A stretch of DNA of 64,000 nucleotides from Eledone cirrhosa (lineage: Eukaryota). The stretch lies in assembly GCA_964016885.1 (NCBI GenBank), contig OZ024744.1, positions 7,626,001 to 7,690,000 of the forward strand, written 5' to 3'. The stretch's first letter is position 1; each line of letters begins with the position of its first letter. The position numbers were made by a program, and so were the translations under genes. Below are positions 58,196-64,000 of this stretch, piece by piece. The notes beneath the pieces are model-generated. The model worked only from the letters and a program-made list of their open reading frames with translations, ran no database searches and was not told the DNA's origin.

Positions 58196-61100
58196 ATGGT
58201 TGTGGTTGTTGTGGTTGGTGTTATGGTTGGTCTTGTGGTTGTGATTGTTGTTGTGGTTGGTGTTGTGGTTGTGGTTCGTGTTGTGGTTGTTGTTTTGGTT
58301 GGTGTTATGGTTGTGGTTGGTTTTGTGGTTGTGTTTGTTGTGGTTGTTGTTGTGGTTGGTGTTGTGGTTGCAGTTGTTGTTTTAGTTGGTGTTGTGGTTC
58401 TGGTTGTTGTTGTGGTTGGTGTTGTTGTTGTGGTTGGTGTTATGGTTGTGGTTGTTGTGGTTGGTGTTATGGTTGGTGTTGTGGTTGTGGTTGTTGTTGT
58501 GGTTGGTGTTGTGGTTGTTGTTTTGGTTGGTGTTATGGTTGTGGTTGTTGTTATGGTAGTGGTTGTTGTTGTGGTTGGTGTTATGGTTGTGGCTGTTGTG
58601 GTTGTTGTTATGGTTGTGGTTGTTGTTGTTGGTGTTGTGGTTGCGGTTGTTGTTGTGGTTGCTGTTGTGGTTGTGGTTGTTGTGGTTGTTGTTGGTGTTG
58701 TGGTTGTTGTTTTGGTTGGTGTTATGGTTGTGGTTGTTGTGGTTGTTGTTGTGGTTGGTGTTGTGGTTGTGGTTGTTGTATTGGTTGGTGTTGTGGTTCT
58801 GGTTGTTGTTGTGGTTGGTGTTGTGGTTGTGGTTGTTGTTGTGGTTGGTGTTGTTGTTGTGGTTGGTGTTAAGGTTGTGGTTGTTGTGGTTGGTGTTGTG
58901 GTTGGTGTTGTGGTTGCGGTTGTTGTTGTGGTTGGTGTTGTGGTTGTTGTTTTGGTTGGTGTTATGGTTGTGGTTGTTGTGGTTGGTGTTGTGGTCGTGG
59001 TTGTTGTTGGTGTTATGGTTGTGGTTGTTGTGGTTGGTGTTGTGGTTTGTGTTATGGTTGTGGTTGTTGTGGTTGGTGTTGTGGTTGGTGTTATGGTTGT
59101 GGTTGTTGTGGTTGGTGTTGTGATTGTGGTTGTTGTTGTGGTTGGTGTTATGGTTGTGGTTGTTGTGGTTGGTGTTGTGGTTGGTGTTATGGTTGTGGTT
59201 GTTGTGGTTGGTGTTGTGGTTGGTGTTATGGTTGTGGTTGTTGTGGTTGGAGTTGTGATTGTGGTTGTTGTTGTGGTTGGAGTTATGGTTGGTGTTGTGG
59301 TTGGTGTTATGGTTGTTGGTTGGTGTTGCGGTTGGTGTTGTGGTTGTGGTTGTTGTTGTGGTTGGTGTTATGGTTGTGGGTGTTGTTGGTGTTGTGGTTG
59401 TGGTTGGTGTTGTGGTTGGTATTGTGGTTGGTGTTTTGGTTGGGGTCGTTGTTGTGGTTGGTGTTCTGGTTGTTGGTTGGTGTTGTGCTTGGTGTTGTGG
59501 TTGGTGTTGTGGTTGTGGTTGTTGTTGTGGTTGGTGTTATGGTTGTGGGTGTTGTTGGTGTTGTGGTTGTGGTTGGTGTTGTCGTTGGTGTTGTGGTTGT
59601 TGTTGTGGTTGTGGTTGTTCTTATGGTTGTGGTTGTGGTTGTGGTTGGTGTTATGGTTGTGGTTGTTGTTGTGGTTGTGGTTGTTGTTGTGGTTGGTGTT
59701 ATGGATGTGGTTGTTGTTATGGTTGTGGTTGTTGTTGTGGTTGTTGTTGTGGTTGGTGTTGTGGTTTTGGTTGTTGTTATGGTTGTGGTTGTTGTTGTGG
59801 TTGGTGTTATGGTTGTGGTTGTTGTTATGGTTGTGGTTGTTGTTGTGGTTGGTGTTATGGATGTGGTTGTTGTTATGGTTGTAGTTGTTGTTGTGGTTGG
59901 TGTTATGGATGTGGTTGTTGTTATGGTTGTGGTTGTTGTTGTGGTTGTTGTTGTGGTTGGTGTTGTGGTTGTGGTTGTTGTTATGGTTGTGGTTGTTGTT
60001 GTGGTTGGTGTTATGGATGTGGTTGTTGTTATGGTTGTGGTTGTTGTTGTGGTTGTTGTTGTGGTTGGTGTTGTGGTTGTGGTTGTTGTTATGGTTGTGG
60101 TTGTTGTTGTGGTTGGTGTTATGGATGTGGTTGTTGTTATGGTTGTGGTTGTTGTTGTGGTTGGTGTTATGGATGTGGTTGCTATTATGGTTGTGGTTGT
60201 TGTTGTGGTTGGTGTTATGGTTGTGGCTGTTGTTGTGGTTGCGTTTGTTGTTGTGGTTGGTGTTATGGTTGTAGTTGTTGTGATTGTTGTTGTGGTTTGT
60301 GTTATGGTTGTGGTTGTTGTGGTTGTTGTTGTGGTTGGTGTTATGGTTGTGGCTGTTGTTATGGTTGTAGTTGTTGTTGTGGTTGGTGTTGTGGTTGTGG
60401 TTGTTGTTTTGGTTGGTGTTATGGTTGTGGTTGTTGTGGTTGGTGTTATGGTTGTGGTTGTTATGGTTGTTGTTGTGGTTGGTGTTGTGGATGTGGTTGT
60501 GGTTTTGTTTGGTGTTATGGTTGTGGTTATTGTGGTTGTTGTTGTGGTTGGTGTTATGGTTGTGGTTGTTGTGGTTGGTGTTGTGGTTGGTGTTGTTGTT
60601 GTGGTTGGTGTATTGGTTGTGGTTGTTGTGGTTACTGTTGTGGTTGCTGTTATGGTTGGTATTGTGTTTGTGGCTGGTGTTGTGGTTGGTGTTATGGTTG
60701 TGGTTGTTGTGGTTGTTGTTGTGGTTGGTGTTCTGGTTGTGGTTGTTGTTGTGGTTGGTATTATGGTTGTGGTTGTTGTGGTTGTTTTTGTGGTTGTGGT
60801 TGTTGTTGTGGTTGTTGTTTTGGTTGGTGTTATGGTTGTGGTTGTTGTGGTTGTTGTTGTGGTTGGTGTTGTGGTTGTGGTTGTTGTTGTGGTTGGTGTT
60901 ATGGTTGTGGTTGTTGTGGTTGTTGTTGTGGTTGGTGTAATGGTTGTGGTTGTTGTGGTTGTTGTTGTGGTTGGTGTTATGGTTGTAGTTGTTGTGGTTG
61001 TTGTGGTTGGTGTTACTGTTGCAGTTGTTGTGGTTGGTGTTATGGTTGTGGTTGTTGTGGTTATTGTTGTGGTTGGTGTTATGGCTGTGGTTGTTGTTGT

Positions 61101-64000
61101 GGTTGGTGTTATGGTTGTGGTTGTTGTTGTGGTTGGTGTTATGGTTGTGGTTGGTGTTATAGTTGTGGTTGTTGTTGTGATTGGTGTTGTGATTGTGCTT
61201 GTTGTTGTGGTTGGTGTCATGGATGTGGTTGTTGTTATGGTTGTGGTTGTTGTGGTTGGTGTTATGGATGTAGTTGTTGTTATGGTTGTGGTTGTTGTTG
61301 TGGTTGGTGTTATGGATGTGGTTGTTGTTATGGTTGTGGTTGTTGTGGTTGGTGTTATGGATGTGGTTGTTGTTATGGTTGTGGTTGTTGTTGTGGTTGG
61401 TGTTATGGTTGTGGTTGTTGTTCTGGTTGTGGTTGGTGTTGTGGTTGGTGTTATGGTTGTAGTTCTTGTCGTTGTTGTTGTGGTTTGTGTTATGGTTGTG
61501 GTTGTTGTGGTTGGAGTTATGGTTGGTGTTGTGGTTGGTGTTATAGTTGTTAGTTGGTGTTGTGGTTGGTGTTGTGGTTGGTGTTGTGGTTGTGGTTGTT
61601 GTTGTGGTTGGTATTATGGTTGTGGTTGTTGTTATGGTTGTGGTTGTTGTTGTGGTTGGTGTTATGGATGTGGTTGTTGTTATGGTTGTAGTTGTTGTTG
61701 TGGTTGGTGTTATGGATGTGGTTGTTGTTATGGTTGTGGTTGTTGTTGTGGTTGGTGTTATGGTTGTGGTTGTTGTTATGGTTGTGGTTGTTGTTGTGGT
61801 TGGTGTTATGGATGTGGTTGTTGTTATGTTTGTGGTTGTTGTTGTGGTTGTTGTTGTGGTTGGTGTTGTGGTTGTGGTTGTTGTTATGGTTGTGGTTGTT
61901 GTTGTGGTTGGTGTCATGGATGTGGTTGTTGTTATGGTTGTGGTTGTTGTGGTCGGTGTTATGGATGTGGTTGTTGTTATGGTTGTGGTTGTTGTTGTGG
62001 TTGGTGTTATGGATGTGGTTGCTGTTATGGTTGTGGTTGTTGTTGTGGTTGGTGTTATGGTTGTGGCTGTTGTTGTGGTTGGTGTTATGGTTGTGGTTGT
62101 TGTTCTGGTTGTGGTTGGTGTTGTGGTTGGTGTTATGGTTGTAGTTCTTGTGGTTGTTGTTGTGGTGTGTGTTATGGTTGTGGTTGTTGTGGTTGTTGTT
62201 GTGGTTGGTGTTATGGTTGTGGCTGTTGTTGTGGTTGTGGTTGTTGTTGTGGTTGTTGTTTTGGTTGGTGTTATGGTTGTGGTTGTTGTGGTTGGTGTTA
62301 TGGTTGTGGTTGTTATGGTTGTTTTTGTGGTTGGTGTTGTGGATGTGGTTGTGGTTTTGTTTGGTGTTATGGTTGTGGTTGGTGTTGTGGTTGTGGTTGT
62401 TGTTTTGGTTGGTGTTATGGTTGTGGTTGTTGTTGTGGTTGGTGTATTGGTTGTGGTTGTTGTGGTTACTGTTGTGGTTGGTGTTATGGTTGGTATTGTG
62501 TTTGTGGCTGGTGTTGTGGTTGTTGTTATGGTTGTGGTTGTTGTGGTTGGTGTTATGGATGTGGTTGTTGTTATGGTTGTGGTTGTTGTTGTGGTTGGTG
62601 TTATGGATGTGGTTGTTGTTATGGTTGTTAGTTGGTGTTGTGGTTGGTGTTGTGGTTGTTGTTGTGGTTGTGGTTGTTGTTGTGGTTGGTATTATGGTTG
62701 TGGTTGTTGTTATGGTTGTGGTTGTTGTTGTGGTTGGTGTTATGGATGTGGTTGTTGTTATGGTTGTAGTTGTTGTTGTGGTTGGTGTTATGGATGTGGT
62801 TGTTGTTATGGTTGTGGTTGTTGTTGTGGTTGGTGTTATGGTTGTGGTTGTTGTTATGGTTGTGGTCGTTGTTGTGGTTGGTGTTATGGATGTGGTTGTT
62901 GTTATGGTTGTGGTTGTTGTGGTTGGTGTTATGGATGTGGTTGTTGTTATGGTTGTGGTTGTTGTTGTGGTTGGTGTTATGGATGTGGTTGCTGTTATGG
63001 TTGTGGTTGTTGTTGTGGTTGGTGTTATGGTTGTGGCTGTTGTTGTGGTTGTGTTTGTTGTTGTGGTTGGTGTTATGGTTGTAGTTGTTGTGATTGTTGT
63101 TCTGGTTTGTGTTATGGTTGTGGTTGTTGTGGTTGTTGTTGTGGTTGGTGTTATGGTTGTGGCTGTTGTTATGGTTGTAGTTGTTGTTGTGGTTGGTGTT
63201 GTGGTTGTGGTTGTTGTTTTGGTTGGTGTTATGGTTGTGGTTGTAGTGGTTGGTGTTATGGTTGTGGTTGTTATGGTTGTTGTTGTGGTTGGTGTTGTGG
63301 ATGTGGTTGTGGTTTTGTTTGGTGTTATGGTTGTGGTTATTGTGGTTGTTGTTGTGGTTGGTGTTATGGTTGTGGTTGTTGTGGTTGGTGTTGTGGTTGG
63401 TGTTGTGGTTGTGGTTGTTGTTGTGTATGGTGTAGTGGTTGTGGTTGTTGTCTTGGTTGGTGTTATGGTTGTGGTTGTTGTGGTTGTTGTTGTGGTTGGT
63501 GTTATGTTTGGTATTGTGTCTGTGGTTGGTGTTGTGGTTGGTGTTATGGTTGTGGTTGTTGTTGTGGTTGTTGTTGTGGTTGGTGTTGTGGTTGTGGTTG
63601 TTGTTGTGGTTGGTGTTATGGTTGTGGTTGTTGTGGTTGTTGCTGTGGTTGGTGTTATGGTTGTGGTTGTTGTGGTTGGTGTTATGGTTGTGGTTGTTGT
63701 TGTGGTTGGTGTTATGGTTGTGGTTGTTGTGGTTGTTGTTGTGGTTGGTGTTGTGGTTGTTGTTGTGGTTGGTGTTGTGGTTGTGGTTGTAGTTTTGGTT
63801 GGTGTTATGGTTGTGATTGTTGTGGTTGGTGTTATGGTTGTGGTTGTTGTTGTGGTTGATGTTATGGTTGTTGTTGTTGTGGTTGGTGTTGTGGTTGGTG
63901 TAATGGTAGTGTATGTTGTTGTGTTTGGTGTTATGGTTGTGGTTGTTGTTGTGGTTGATGTTATGGTTGTGGTTGTTGTGGTTGTTGTTGTGGTTGGTGT
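48468..64000. repeat. >15.5-kb degenerate (GTT/GTG/GGT/ATG)n trinucleotide satellite with kb-scale duplications
   Basis: Plus strand almost only G/T. Rare variants recur in the same order (e.g. 55200-56140 vs 57900-58875). Runs off the window end. Confidence 0.92.

Noticed and set aside
48471-63859. Poly-Val, Cys/Gly and Leu/Trp ORFs up to 2255 aa
   Set aside because: Open in several frames only because the G/T triplet satellite lacks stop codons.
48468-64000. Telomeric array
   Set aside because: G/T-rich, but no TTAGGG or other uniform unit.

Overview
Eukaryotic, apparently gene-free heterochromatin-like window. The repeat landscape and LINE 3' tail suggest an octopus/cephalopod (inference from recall, not a database result). 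Bases 1-48 kb are (TA)n microsatellite arrays packed with retroelements: one intact Penelope-like element (PLE; 816-aa RT plus GIY-YIG ORF between 261-bp direct pseudo-LTRs), a truncated second copy, a second degenerate PLE, other PLE 3' remnants, a near full-length CR1-like LINE, and CR1 and RTE fragments. About 20 short ORF-less inserts are also present. Folding these by eye gives about 35 type I hammerhead ribozyme (HHR) motifs in roughly 16-18 sequence families, many with non-canonical cores (U3-A8 covariants, C4/A4 variants, large stem II/III insertions). Most inserts share one asymmetric fold-back layout: (TA)n, short 3' end, inversion junction, long 3' end, (TA)n. Bases 48.5-64 kb are a degenerate (GTT/GTG)n satellite with higher-order duplications. 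Nearly all ORFs in the supplied track are microsatellite artefacts. All RNA structures and coordinates were derived manually and need computational confirmation.
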